NCBI GenBank assembly: GCA_028700115.1
Contig: JAQVTI010000005.1
Span: forward strand, 22,166-54,165
Source: Candidatus Iainarchaeum sp.
GTDB lineage: Archaea; Iainarchaeota; Iainarchaeia; Iainarchaeales; CSSED10-239
DNA: 32,000 nucleotides
Direction of reading: 5' to 3'
The notes beneath the pieces are model-generated. The model was given only the letters and a program-made list of their open reading frames with translations, was not told the DNA's origin and did not search any database. Of this stretch, positions 19,789 through 31,200 are shown piece after piece. The first letter of the stretch is position 1. The number at the start of each line of letters is the position of its first letter. Both the position numbers and the translations under genes were made by a program.

Positions 19789-20766
19789 TTAATTATACAA
19801 TCTAAACCCAAATCCTAAAGGTATATTATAAACATTTTGATCCATATCTTCTAATTTAAAGCTTGAAGAATATCCAAATAAATTATTATAAGAACCATTT
19901 GAAACTTTATAAAGATCAGAAAAATTAATTGGATTCATATAAATTACAAATTGATTATTACTAGAATTTATTCTTTTAAATAAATAAGAATAATAATTTG
20001 AAGTATAATCATTATATATCTTATAATCATAAACATCTAAAACTTTTAAAGGATTATAAAATGAATCATAAAAATTTCCAAAAACAACAGGAGATTGTCT
20101 TAAAATATAACTACTATTTCCAACAGGGGGATTATTATGATTTGGAACATAACAATCTTCATAACAATTTAAAGAAGTTTCTACAGGTGTTGATTCAGCA
20201 TCACAAGTTCCATTTCCACAGGTATAAAAAATATAATTTGGAATTTTACACATCACAGAAGCTTCATTTAAACAAGAATTGTCTAATGGACAATTTCTAT
20301 AAACATAATAATTTATACAATTTATATTACTATTATTGTTATTAGAACAATCTGCAGAACAAGTCTCATTTTCTCCAAACTCATCTTGACAAGATTCATC
20401 CCCACAATAAAATTCACAATCTAAACAATTTAAATCACAAGAAGTTTCACAATTCTCAAAACAACCTGTCTGTTCTAAGCAAGTTTCTTTTGCAGAATCA
20501 CAAGTATCTATACAAATTTGATCTTCTCTACAATCGAAAACACATTTATCATATGCATCAAAATTAGTAATATCTAAAAAACAATTTTGAAAATCTTCAT
20601 TTTCTAAACAATCATTTTCACAAGACTCATTACAAAAATCTATACAATCTTCTCTATAATTATTATTTGTATAATCACTACAATCAGCTAAAACAAAAGG
20701 CATAAATACAGATATAAAAACAAAAACCAAAACAATTTTTCTTAAATCCATATATTTTTCACACAT
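19789..20766 (-). CDS. Secreted cysteine-rich protein, 325 aa; likely start is the internal ATG at 20749-20751 (MDLRKIVLVFVFISVFMPFVLADC)
   Basis: Signal peptide followed by about 28 Cys within roughly 190 residues, for example CIDFCNESCENDCLENEDFQNC, CFENCETSCDLNCLDCEFYCGDESC and CGNGTCDAESTPVETSLNCYEDC. A GAGG Shine-Dalgarno-like site overlaps the annotated ATG, favouring the internal start. Confidence 0.82.
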   Translation of the reverse strand: MCEKYMDLRKIVLVFVFISVFMPFVLADCSDYTNNNYREDCIDFCNESCENDCLENEDFQNCFLDITNFDAYDKCVFDCREDQICIDTCDSAKETCLEQTGCFENCETSCDLNCLDCEFYCGDESCQDEFGENETCSADCSNNNNSNINCINYYVYRNCPLDNSCLNEASVMCKIPNYIFYTCGNGTCDAESTPVETSLNCYEDCYVPNHNNPPVGNSSYILRQSPVVFGNFYDSFYNPLKVLDVYDYKIYNDYTSNYYSYLFKRINSSNNQFVIYMNPINFSDLYKVSNGSYNNLFGYSSSFKLEDMDQNVYNIPLGFGFRLYN

Positions 20767-20800
20767 CCTCTATAATATATTTAATAAAAATATATTTAAA

Positions 20801-23800
20801 TCAACTACATTGTAATGAATCAGGATAATTTTGTGTAAACACATTATCTTGACCATAAACTTCTGATGGATTCCACCAAAATTCTGATTTCAAACCATCT
20901 TCTGAATTTGTAACACAAACTTTATTTTCTAAAATATAAGAAAATAATTGTTTTAAAGATTCAATTTCTATAACACCTTCAGGAAGATCATACACATTAA
21001 ATGTAACATCTGCTGAATTTCCTGATTTATCTTTAATTTCAAAAATTCTATTCAACGGTGTATAAACAATTGTTCTTAAATAAATCTTACCAATCTTACT
21101 TGGAGTTTGTGTCCAACTAATTTTGTAAGCATTATTTATTCCATCTTCAGGAAGTGACATATCATCAAATGTATTATTAAATGTAGAATAAATATAATCT
21201 CCAGAGAAATCACATCCATCTCCAACTCCACTCCATCTAAATAAGTTAGAGTTTCCATAAACTACATCTCCTAAAACACTATCAGTTACATCTAAAAGCT
21301 TATAAAATATTGTAAACGTTTCAAGTCTATTAATACCAACAGACATTAAAACAGGAGTTGCATTACTTGGAGAAAATACTAATTGTGTTTGATCTGAATC
21401 ATATTCAATATTTAATAAATTACCTCTTGAGTTTACATTTGAATTTATTTTAAAAAAATCATTTTCTTTTAAAACATTCAAAACCCCAAATGCATTTGAA
21501 GAAGTATCATTTGATGTTAAGATTGGTTCTTCATTTTCTTGAGAAATTAAAATTTCATCTCCAAAATATGAAAGTCCATATCCTTGTCTATTATAACCAT
21601 TTTCTGTATATCCTAAAAATCCATCAAATGGAAGTCTATAAAACACACTATTATTTTCACTTGAAACAGGAACATAATCAAATGTAACAACTGAGTTTAA
21701 ATCAACTTGACTATCTTGTTCAAAATTCCAAAACTCATTATCAAAGTCTAAATCAATTCTCACTCTATATTTTCCAGGAGTATTAATTGAAACTTCATCT
21801 TGATATGAATGCTTTAGAGTAAACTCTAAATTATCTCTATAAACATTAGATAAGATACCATTTGTATAATCTGAGACTACACTTGCTCCTAAAGAATAAG
21901 GCCCACAAGAAAGTCCATCTTCAAAGCTTGCTTGTCCACAATAAGCAAGATCAAAATCATCTTTTAAAAATTGATTATAATTATCTGTAATTAAATATGC
22001 TTCAAATGAAATTAAACTTTTCAAATAGTCAATATCTTCTTGAGTTAATCCAAATCCACCATTTGTCATAACTTGTTCAGGATACATATCTGCATTAAAC
22101 CAATAATCAATAAAATCTATATTATTAATTACTTTTGTAGTTGAAGGAACTAAACAACTTTGACTTGAACTAGCTGAATCATAAATAAACAAATCAACTA
22201 TTGAGTTAAAGTTATTATTAATTGGGTCAACTGATTCTCCAGAATAATTTATTTCTAAAGACATATCTTCTTGTTCAAATAGATTTGAATTATCATAAAC
22301 CATTGTAACAATTAAAGTATCATCTGCATCAATTTGTAAATCATAAATTCCATTTGAAGAAACTTCAATTTCTTGAGGAACTGATGAAGAATAACTATAA
22401 ACATAAACATGATCTGGAAGATTAGATCCAAAACTAAAATCTAAACTTCCTTGTTTAGTTTCAAGTGTTCTATTTTTAATATATGTTTTTATATTAAAAT
22501 TATTTTCATTATCAAAAGCAAAAATTCCTCTTTTGATTCCAACTGAGTTATAATTTATTTCATTTTCTATAATACTAGGCTCAGCTGAATAACCATAAGA
22601 CCCATCAAGTGCACTTGCTAAGATTTGCTCTTCACTTAAAGGACATGAGATTCCATCTTGGCTTTCTAAAAAGTCTTTAATTAATTTTAATCTATTTATA
22701 ATCTCAATTGAAAGTTGTGCACCATCACAATATGTCTCAGAACATCTATTAATTTCTGTGTCTTGCCATGACCAATCTAAACTAACATTAGGAACAATTC
22801 CTTCTCCAGTATACCCTTGTTTGTCAGTATCAGTATAACAACTTGTAAGTTCTAAATCTACATTTGGTTGTTCATTTACATTAAGTTTATGAAACTCAAA
22901 TCTAAACTTACCTATCTTTGAAGAACCATCAAATGCAGGATCAACTATATCAACAGTATCATTATATGTAGGATAAATATTATATTCTTTGAAAATGTTT
23001 TGTGTTGATGAATTATTAAATGTATCTAAGAAACTACTTGTTAAAACAAACTCAATAGGTTTGATTCCTGATTGTTCAGGCCAAACTGTTTGATTTTCTT
23101 TACAAGTTGCAATTGAGATATATTCTAAATCAAGTTTTTGTCTAAACACAGCAGAACCTGTACAAGTTGTCTTAAAATCATATCTACTATTATTATTTGT
23201 AATTTCTAAAGGACTACAATTTGTTGATGTAGCTAAAATTTTACCATAAAGTCCATTATATAAATCATCTTCATAAAGTTCAAAATTACTATTTTTTAAA
23301 CTACAAGCATCTAAACTATTTATTATATCTTCATCTTTTGCTAAATTTCCAAAAGCCTCTACTTTTTGTGATAAATAATTAAAATGTCTAGCTCCTGTAA
23401 TATCAAAGACATCTAAATACATAGGCTCAACATCTTGAGTCTCAATCACTTGTATTTTTGTTGATTCATCTTCATTTAAAATATTTCCAACATCTAATGA
23501 ATAATCCCAAGCATAATGTTTGCTATCTGAAGCAATTGTATTATAAATTAACTCAGCTAAAGGAAAAATACCACTAAGATAATAACCAACACCACCTAAA
23601 TTATTATGTAACTTTGCAAAAAACTCATCATAACCTGAGCTTCCACCAATTGGAAAACCATTTTCTAGATTTCCATTATCACTAAATTTTGCTTTTGTAT
23701 AAATTGTACCATCATTATTTTCAAAATCATCTGACATAAATTTAGAAAATCCATCATGACCTTCTACTTTTTGCTCTGCATAATCCCATGGTGTTTTTAC

Positions 23801-26800
23801 AATATTTTTATTATACAATTTAGCATTATAAACTCTATCATCATCTAAGACTTCTAAGAAAGGATTCTCCATCCATAATTGATCTTTAACATTTACTCTT
23901 AAATTTTTTGTAACTCTAGAAAGCACTCTATCATTTTGATTCATAGCTTCAATCAAAACATTAATAATATACGCTCCAGGAACTTCTGGTTTATAAATAT
24001 CTACAATCTTTTCTTGGTCTCCAACAGAAAACACAATCTCATTATTTTGATTTCCTGAAAGATTACCATACTCTAAATCTTGACAAGAAAAATGGTTTGC
24101 TTTATCATCACAAAATGTAAGTCTAAACTTACCATTATTAGAACATTTATTTCTAATAGTAACTTCTTGAGAAGAACCAATAATTGTCTCACTATCAATT
24201 ACAAACATACCGTTTTGATTAATTGTTTTACCATCTTGTTCAAACTCAAAACATTCATTTATATTTACAATTGAAAACTCAGAATCTAAAAATTGTTCAG
24301 TATCTCCATTATTAACATATTCTAAACCATCTTCTGTTTCTACTTGTCCATTAATATAAAGATCTGTTTTTATATCTCCAAACTTTAAAACTCCAGAATT
24401 AAATGTAATTGTAACCATATAATCTGTTTCTGGTTCAATTGTATCATATGCTTTTTTATAAATTCCTTCTGAAAGTCTAGTTGTTTGTCCATTCAAACTT
24501 ACATCATAATATCCAGTCTTGTCTTCTGTATTTACAATCTTAAATTTTAAATTTCTTAAACTTAAAAATGTATCTGGATTATCATAAGACTTACAATTAT
24601 TCTGAACAATAAAACTTATAGTTTGAGCTTTAGAACCATCAATTACTCCTTCCCAAACTTTTTCATGTCCAGATGTAGTTAAACAATTATCTTGTAAAAC
24701 TCCATTTCCTACAGAAATTATAACTTCAATAGGCACAGAAAAAATATACTCACTACTTTCAATTGAAGTAGTTCCTGTTAAAACACCTGAAAGATATTTA
24801 GTTTCAAATAAACTAACAGCATCTAAAGAAGGTGAAATCTTTACTTCTAAAGTTCTACTTGAGTTTGCAGGAATTACAAAACCTTCAGAGATTTGTGTAT
24901 TTAAAAACTCTAAAGTCTTTTCAACAGCAAGATAATTTGATTCTTCAAAATAAATTCCTTCTGTTTCAAACTCATTTAAAGTCATATCAAACTCAGTTAA
25001 GTTCTCAATTGTAATTTCTTTAATAGTCCCATTTACTTCATTTTTATTAATATTAATTTCTAAAGGAGCATCATCTGTAATTTCTACAGAACCATCTAAA
25101 ATATTTAAAACATCTTGATTTGCAGAAACTTCAATTCTTTCTGCAAAATAAGTTGCTTTTGTAGCTTCAATTATTAGTTTTTCTCCAATCTCTAAAGGTG
25201 CAAGAGAAACTAAAACTTCTCCTAAGTCATTTGTTTTTTTATCTAAAACAACAGGATATTCATATCCATTTACTTTATAATAAATATTTACAGTAACATC
25301 TGAAAGGAAAGTGTTTTCTTCTTGATCTTTAATTGTGATTAAAAGATCAAATGGTTTATTAGGAACAATATTTACAGGAGAATAATTTACTTGCATATTG
25401 TGTAAATTTCCAACTAAAAGATTAAGTCCTAATGAATAAATTTCTTGTTGATCATTAATAATTTGATGATACAGTCTAGATTGTCCAAGATATAATGGAG
25501 AAAGTGTATTTTTGAAAAATGTTTCAGAATATGAAGGTATACTTTCAGTTAAAATTTCGTCTTCATTAAAAGGTATCTTAAAACTTTCTTCTCCAGCAGT
25601 TAAATAACCAGTATCATTAAACGCACCTGAAATTTCATAATTTTTAATATTTACAACTTCAAGTGGGTTATTATATAAATCAGAATTAAAAATTAATAAT
25701 CTAGATTCATCAAAATCATCAGAAGATGAATTTGTTAAATAATATTCTAATAAATAATCAGAATTAATTTGCATAGGCACATCTAGATTAGAACTTATAT
25801 CAGATCTAATATCTTTTAAAACATCAACATATTGTCCTTTAAAACAAAAGCTAGAACTACAAAGTTCTTCTGCATCTATGTAATATTGATAATATTCATA
25901 TAATGAATTATTTGTATAATCTTCAAAATTATCAGAATATGAATTAAAATAAACAGGAACAACTTCATTAATTGCAGCATCATGTGTTCTAATAGGCACA
26001 GTTAATTCATAAACTCCAGGAGAAATATTATCCCATAAGATATCAATTAGTTTTGCATGCATATCTGAAGATATAATTTCTGTAAAAGGATATTCTTTAA
26101 AATATTTAGTTACACCTAATGTGTTTGTAATTGGATTTATAAAAACAATATCATCATCAGAAGAATTTTTACTTCCAATCTTAAAAACAAATCCCATTTT
26201 TTCTGAAGCTATTGGATTTGTTAATCTATATTTAAAATAAAATATTTTATTATTTTCTAAAGCATCAACTTCTTGACTAGTAGAATCATAAACTCCTAAA
26301 TAATCAACTAAAGGTGTGCTTCCAGTATATTCACTAGATAAAATAATATCTTTTGTAATAACTGTATCATTTTCCACTCTAATTACTTCTGTAAAATATG
26401 GCATATAACCTTCTTTTGAAACCTTAACATAAACTCTTTTATCTGCTTTTAAAGTCTTTGAATAAGTTCCGTTTTGTGTAGAATAATCAGTACCTAATAA
26501 ATCACCTGTATCTAAATAAAAATCAAGTGTAGCATCTGAAACAGAATCTCCTAGACTATCAAAAATATTTAATCTTAAAGTTCCTTCTCCAATAAACACA
26601 GAAACTAAAGCATTACTATCTTCTGGAGGAGTATGTGTAAACTCTTCAGAAACTCCTTCTAGATAAAGTTGTTTTAGTTTAATAAAATAATCTCCTTCTG
26701 GAATATTTTCAAAACTAACTTCTCCATTTGAATCTGTTGTTAAAAAATCAAATCTAGAATCAATATAACCAGTTTGAGAATCATAGATTAAAACTTTAGA

Positions 26801-28144
26801 AAAAGCAACAGGAATTTCTTCTTCATCTAAAGCCTTTACATTTATATTAGAAACATTACTTACAGTAACTTCTTCTAATTTAATAATATAATTATTAGAA
26901 TCATTAACTTCCACAATTTCAGGGATGTAATTTAATGCAGAACCTCTAATTGAATAATCTTTTCCTTCTTCAATTAAAAAAGTAAAATCAGTTGGATCTG
27001 TTTTAACCTGAACAGATTCATTTCCATCTAAAATTAATTTTATTTGAGGTTCATAAACTAAATCATCTATAATTTCTAAAGTTTCTTTATCTTTTAAAGT
27101 AACTTCAATTAATCTAGTTGAAACTACTTGGTTAGTATCAGGATCAACTAAACTATTTGGATCTTGTGAATCCATTAAATATAAATTTGCTTTTGTTAAA
27201 TTATCTTTTTCAATTACAATGTCTTTTGAAGAAGAAAGATATCTATTTACAGAATCACTAGTAACTATTCTATAACTTCCGGTAGGTAAGTTATTAAACT
27301 CAGAAACCCCCCAAACTGTGTCTTTAACTTTAAATGGATTTAATAAATCGTCTGAAGAATAAACTGAAACTGTAATTCCATCAATAAATTGAGATTGACT
27401 TCCATTTTTTATAGTAGTAACTTTTAAAGATCCAGTATCCACATACAAATAAATATAATCTAATTTTACAACAGATTGATTTTCAGGAATAATAATTCCT
27501 TCAGTTACATAATTTTCTCCTTTAACACTAGCAATAATAGAACCACAATTAGAAGGAACATCAAAAGTATATTTTCCATTATCTACAACTAAGTTTGTAG
27601 GAGATATTTTATCTCCATTTTCACATCTTAAAGTAACATTTAATGCTTCTAAGATTAATGAAGTTGTAGAAGAGTCTACAAAAGACAATGTTTTATTAAA
27701 TGAAGTAGGAACATCTAAAGTTTCTAAAATAACTTTAAACTCAGAAAGATTAGGATCTACATCTTTTTCAAAAAGTTTATATCCCTTACTTTTAATTACA
27801 ACCTGATACATTTTTTTTGTGTCTAATGAAATAATTTTCTTTCCAGATGAATCAGAAACATAAGTTATCTCTTCACCTGTATTTATGTTTTTTATATCAA
27901 AAGAAAAGTTAGTTAAAAGCAAACCAGTATCATCTGCTAGTTTAAATGTAACATCATTATAAACCGGAACAGGATTTAAGATATATGGTTTAAATATAAA
28001 AAATAATATTACTAAAATTATTAAAATAAATATCCAAAAAGAAACTAATTTATTTTTTTTATCTAACTTAGAAGTTATTTTTTTTATAGGTATTCTTTGA
28101 TCTACTTTATCTAAAAAATCTTGCCATTTATCTCCAAAAGACAT
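20801..28144 (-). CDS. Giant (2447 aa) surface protein: short cytoplasmic N-term, one TM, tandem carboxypeptidase-regulatory-like domains, large ectodomain, shared C-terminal module
   Basis: TM VSFWIFILIILVILFFIFKPYI at about aa 34-54. Repeats DVTFKLADDTGLLL, GSLKVTTIKNGSQSQFIDGITVSVY, SNINVKALDEEEIPVAFSKVLIYDSQTG...TTDSNGEVSFENIPEGDYFIKLKQ, TLRLNIFDSLGDSVSDATLDFY. C-term FYRLPFDGFLGYTENGYNRQGYG. GGTGAT Shine-Dalgarno-like site before the ATG. Confidence 0.88.
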   Translation of the reverse strand: MSFGDKWQDFLDKVDQRIPIKKITSKLDKKNKLVSFWIFILIILVILFFIFKPYILNPVPVYNDVTFKLADDTGLLLTNFSFDIKNINTGEEITYVSDSSGKKIISLDTKKMYQVVIKSKGYKLFEKDVDPNLSEFKVILETLDVPTSFNKTLSFVDSSTTSLILEALNVTLRCENGDKISPTNLVVDNGKYTFDVPSNCGSIIASVKGENYVTEGIIIPENQSVVKLDYIYLYVDTGSLKVTTIKNGSQSQFIDGITVSVYSSDDLLNPFKVKDTVWGVSEFNNLPTGSYRIVTSDSVNRYLSSSKDIVIEKDNLTKANLYLMDSQDPNSLVDPDTNQVVSTRLIEVTLKDKETLEIIDDLVYEPQIKLILDGNESVQVKTDPTDFTFLIEEGKDYSIRGSALNYIPEIVEVNDSNNYIIKLEEVTVSNVSNINVKALDEEEIPVAFSKVLIYDSQTGYIDSRFDFLTTDSNGEVSFENIPEGDYFIKLKQLYLEGVSEEFTHTPPEDSNALVSVFIGEGTLRLNIFDSLGDSVSDATLDFYLDTGDLLGTDYSTQNGTYSKTLKADKRVYVKVSKEGYMPYFTEVIRVENDTVITKDIILSSEYTGSTPLVDYLGVYDSTSQEVDALENNKIFYFKYRLTNPIASEKMGFVFKIGSKNSSDDDIVFINPITNTLGVTKYFKEYPFTEIISSDMHAKLIDILWDNISPGVYELTVPIRTHDAAINEVVPVYFNSYSDNFEDYTNNSLYEYYQYYIDAEELCSSSFCFKGQYVDVLKDIRSDISSNLDVPMQINSDYLLEYYLTNSSSDDFDESRLLIFNSDLYNNPLEVVNIKNYEISGAFNDTGYLTAGEESFKIPFNEDEILTESIPSYSETFFKNTLSPLYLGQSRLYHQIINDQQEIYSLGLNLLVGNLHNMQVNYSPVNIVPNKPFDLLITIKDQEENTFLSDVTVNIYYKVNGYEYPVVLDKKTNDLGEVLVSLAPLEIGEKLIIEATKATYFAERIEVSANQDVLNILDGSVEITDDAPLEININKNEVNGTIKEITIENLTEFDMTLNEFETEGIYFEESNYLAVEKTLEFLNTQISEGFVIPANSSRTLEVKISPSLDAVSLFETKYLSGVLTGTTSIESSEYIFSVPIEVIISVGNGVLQDNCLTTSGHEKVWEGVIDGSKAQTISFIVQNNCKSYDNPDTFLSLRNLKFKIVNTEDKTGYYDVSLNGQTTRLSEGIYKKAYDTIEPETDYMVTITFNSGVLKFGDIKTDLYINGQVETEDGLEYVNNGDTEQFLDSEFSIVNINECFEFEQDGKTINQNGMFVIDSETIIGSSQEVTIRNKCSNNGKFRLTFCDDKANHFSCQDLEYGNLSGNQNNEIVFSVGDQEKIVDIYKPEVPGAYIINVLIEAMNQNDRVLSRVTKNLRVNVKDQLWMENPFLEVLDDDRVYNAKLYNKNIVKTPWDYAEQKVEGHDGFSKFMSDDFENNDGTIYTKAKFSDNGNLENGFPIGGSSGYDEFFAKLHNNLGGVGYYLSGIFPLAELIYNTIASDSKHYAWDYSLDVGNILNEDESTKIQVIETQDVEPMYLDVFDITGARHFNYLSQKVEAFGNLAKDEDIINSLDACSLKNSNFELYEDDLYNGLYGKILATSTNCSPLEITNNNSRYDFKTTCTGSAVFRQKLDLEYISIATCKENQTVWPEQSGIKPIEFVLTSSFLDTFNNSSTQNIFKEYNIYPTYNDTVDIVDPAFDGSSKIGKFRFEFHKLNVNEQPNVDLELTSCYTDTDKQGYTGEGIVPNVSLDWSWQDTEINRCSETYCDGAQLSIEIINRLKLIKDFLESQDGISCPLSEEQILASALDGSYGYSAEPSIIENEINYNSVGIKRGIFAFDNENNFNIKTYIKNRTLETKQGSLDFSFGSNLPDHVYVYSYSSSVPQEIEVSSNGIYDLQIDADDTLIVTMVYDNSNLFEQEDMSLEINYSGESVDPINNNFNSIVDLFIYDSASSSQSCLVPSTTKVINNIDFIDYWFNADMYPEQVMTNGGFGLTQEDIDYLKSLISFEAYLITDNYNQFLKDDFDLAYCGQASFEDGLSCGPYSLGASVVSDYTNGILSNVYRDNLEFTLKHSYQDEVSINTPGKYRVRIDLDFDNEFWNFEQDSQVDLNSVVTFDYVPVSSENNSVFYRLPFDGFLGYTENGYNRQGYGLSYFGDEILISQENEEPILTSNDTSSNAFGVLNVLKENDFFKINSNVNSRGNLLNIEYDSDQTQLVFSPSNATPVLMSVGINRLETFTIFYKLLDVTDSVLGDVVYGNSNLFRWSGVGDGCDFSGDYIYSTFNNTFDDMSLPEDGINNAYKISWTQTPSKIGKIYLRTIVYTPLNRIFEIKDKSGNSADVTFNVYDLPEGVIEIESLKQLFSYILENKVCVTNSEDGLKSEFWWNPSEVYGQDNVFTQNYPDSLQCS

Positions 28145-28272
28145 TTAAAATCACCAAAATATATTTTAATATATATGTAGATATTTTAGTTTTTAAATAT
28201 ATGTTTTTTAGAAATAATAAATAAAAAAATAAAAGAAAAAGAAAAAAGATTTTATTTTTTAAAAAATAAAAT

Positions 28273-31200
28273 CTAATCTATAATACATCCACCGTTTTGT
28301 TTAATCCAAGAATTCATATTTTCAGTATCTAAACTTCCAAAATATTCTTCATAAACAAACTTAGGATTATAATAAACATTCATACTTGTAGATGAATAGT
28401 TTACACATGCTTTTTTATCAGCAATCATATCATAGATATCTTTAATTGTTTGAATATCATTACTATAGATATTTTCTAAATCAACAATTGTTCCATCTCC
28501 TGAGTTTGTATAAAACATTAAATCATCAGAATATGAATCTGCAACTAATTGACTTGTACCATTTCCTAAAGGTGAGTTACTTGGTGTATAAAGAATAGTC
28601 TTTAAGAAAACACTACCATTCTTTCTAATAATCTCATCTTCTGGCCATTCAACACCATATGTAAAGTTTTGAGATGGTGTATATGGAGCAAGTTCAGATT
28701 GAGTAGCTAAAATATCTGCTCTATCAATAAATATTTCTTGAACTGAAATTCCAGTAAAATCTTTACATTCTCCAATTCCTGTCCATTTTGTTAAATAACT
28801 TCCAGGACTTGCAGCTTCTCCTCCTTGGTCTTCAGGAGCTCCAACACTTAGTTTATAAAAAGCATAAGCATCATTGTTTGTGTTTGTAACTTTCATAACA
28901 ACAGGTGTTGCTCTAGAAGGAGCAAATCTTACTTCAGGAGCAGAATGTGAAGAGTTTGTTTGAACAGAAAGGATTTGTCCTCTTGTTTGGTTATTATTTA
29001 ATTTTGAAAAATCCCCTGGTCTATTTCCAATCTCAGTAAAACTAACTGTGTTTACTGTGTTTGAAGCAGTAAAAGGTTCTGATCTAATAACAGTTGCCTG
29101 ACCATCATTATAAACCTCTAAAACATCTCCAATGTAATCAATTCCATAACCTTGTCTTGCATTTTCAGAAAGCACACCAACTAAACCATCAAATGGCATA
29201 TAATAGATAGGTGCATCTTTTTCAGGAGGCATTTCCTTAGATAAAACAATTTCCACATCTCCTACAATGTTTCCAAAATCATCAAAAATTCTCCATTGAT
29301 CATCAAATGTAACATCAACTAAAACTTCATATCTTCCAGGACCAGGTAAAACTAATTTTCCAGATTCTGAATCAAATGAGCTAGTGTATGCAAATTTATC
29401 ATGATCTAATAAAAGTTTATATAAACCTTCTTCTGTAGTATCATCGTAATAATACTGTGGATATGCCATAAAGGTCATTCTATAATATTCATCAAAATCT
29501 TCTAAAAAATCATTTGAATATCCATCAAGCATTAAAAGTGATCTAAAGTTAACTAATTTATCATAATCAAAATTATTTAATTCTCTAGCAAAATCTTTTA
29601 TATTTTCAGAAGTATGTTCTAGAGAACATTCAACTCCTTCTGTTGAAAATATATTTTCTAAGAAATTATCTAAAGATCTAGGTTCATTATATTCTGAGTT
29701 TAAATCAGAAGTAAAATTACTTAAAGATGCAGTTACAGTTAACTTTTCAGGATCTGCAAAGTAACCTGCATTTAAAGAAACTTCTCCACTTATATTTTCT
29801 AAAGAAAGTTCTTCTCTTGAAAGTTCAACTTCAACAGAATCTAAAATTACACTATTTGAATTTTCTAAACTTAAAGTCAAAGTAGCACTAGAATCACTTG
29901 AAGGATTAATTCCAGAAAAATCATAATAAGATTCTAAAGTATATTCTACATTTACTAAACTTAATGAATCATATTCTGAGTTTAGAGAAGTTATTCCAAC
30001 ATTATCTGTTTGAACTTCTAAATCTTGAGTTACACCTGGCATAGGACAAGTAAACTCAGAACTGTTTTGTAAAACATATTCTTCAAGTTGATGTAATTTA
30101 TTTAAAATTTCAATATTAAATTGAGTAGCATCACAATACATTCCAGTGTCTGTAATAGAATCATTTCCTGATGATCCACTTGTAATTGATTTAGAATCAA
30201 CATCACACCATGTATCTTTTGTAAGTTCTTGACCATTTATTGCAATTGTATTACCAGTATCAAAGTCCCAATCAAATGAAACTCTTGGTAAAGATTCTTC
30301 TCCTGTTGTTCCAAGAATAATACCACCATCTACACAATCTAGTTCTTCTAATTCTAAAGTTGAATCTTCATCAACTGTCCAAGAATTAAAGACTAAATGG
30401 AATGCTTGTTTTTCTTCTTTAACTTCAGCCATATCTTGTAGTTCTTTTGCTAAAGTTTTTCCATCTAAAATTTTATCAAGTCTTAAAGCACTTGTAACTG
30501 AATAAAATGGCATAAAATATAAATTTGCCCATCCTAAATCATCTTTTATCATATCAAATTTTAAATTAATATAAATTTCTTCTTCATCAAATAAAAGTTT
30601 AGGATATTTTGTAACTAAAAATCTATACTCATAATCATTTCCAACAGTTTTGTTTGGATCTTCAAAAAGAATTCCTCTTTTTTGAGCAGAAGTTACATTA
30701 TTATTTAAATCATATGTAGTATATTCTTCTGTTGTTTCTTCTAATCTAAATGTAGGCGAATTAGATCTATCTAATGAAGGTAAATCAACAGTTTGAATAA
30801 ACTCAGTATCTAAAATATTTTTATCAGTAATTGTCATTGTCTCATAAGGCAAAGTATCTGTTTCATATGTATTATAATTTGGATCATTTGGAGACATTAT
30901 TCTTTGTAAATAAAAATCTGCAGCATAATTTGAATAATCAGGATAATCTATATAATCAGATTTATCATTTGAAATATTAACTAAATCTTTTGTTAAAACA
31001 AATTCAAATTTAGTATCTTTTACATTTTGATATGTTTTAAATCCAGAAACTGCTCCAGCTAAAACACCATGTATAATAGGAGAAGGACCTACTATTTTTT
31101 CAACTAAATCTATTGCAACATTAGTTAAATTTCCTAAAAGATAACCAGAATTATTTCCTCCTGTTAGAAAATTTCCTAAATTTCCTGCTAAAGCATTATT

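Noticed and set aside
19998-20345. 115-aa plus-strand ORF
   Set aside because: Antisense to the Cys-rich gene, His/Asn/Tyr/Lys-rich low-complexity composition, no start context evident.
21490-21687. 65-aa plus-strand ORF
   Set aside because: Antisense inside the 2447-aa gene; chance ORF. The same applies to 24080..24274 and 24832..25014.
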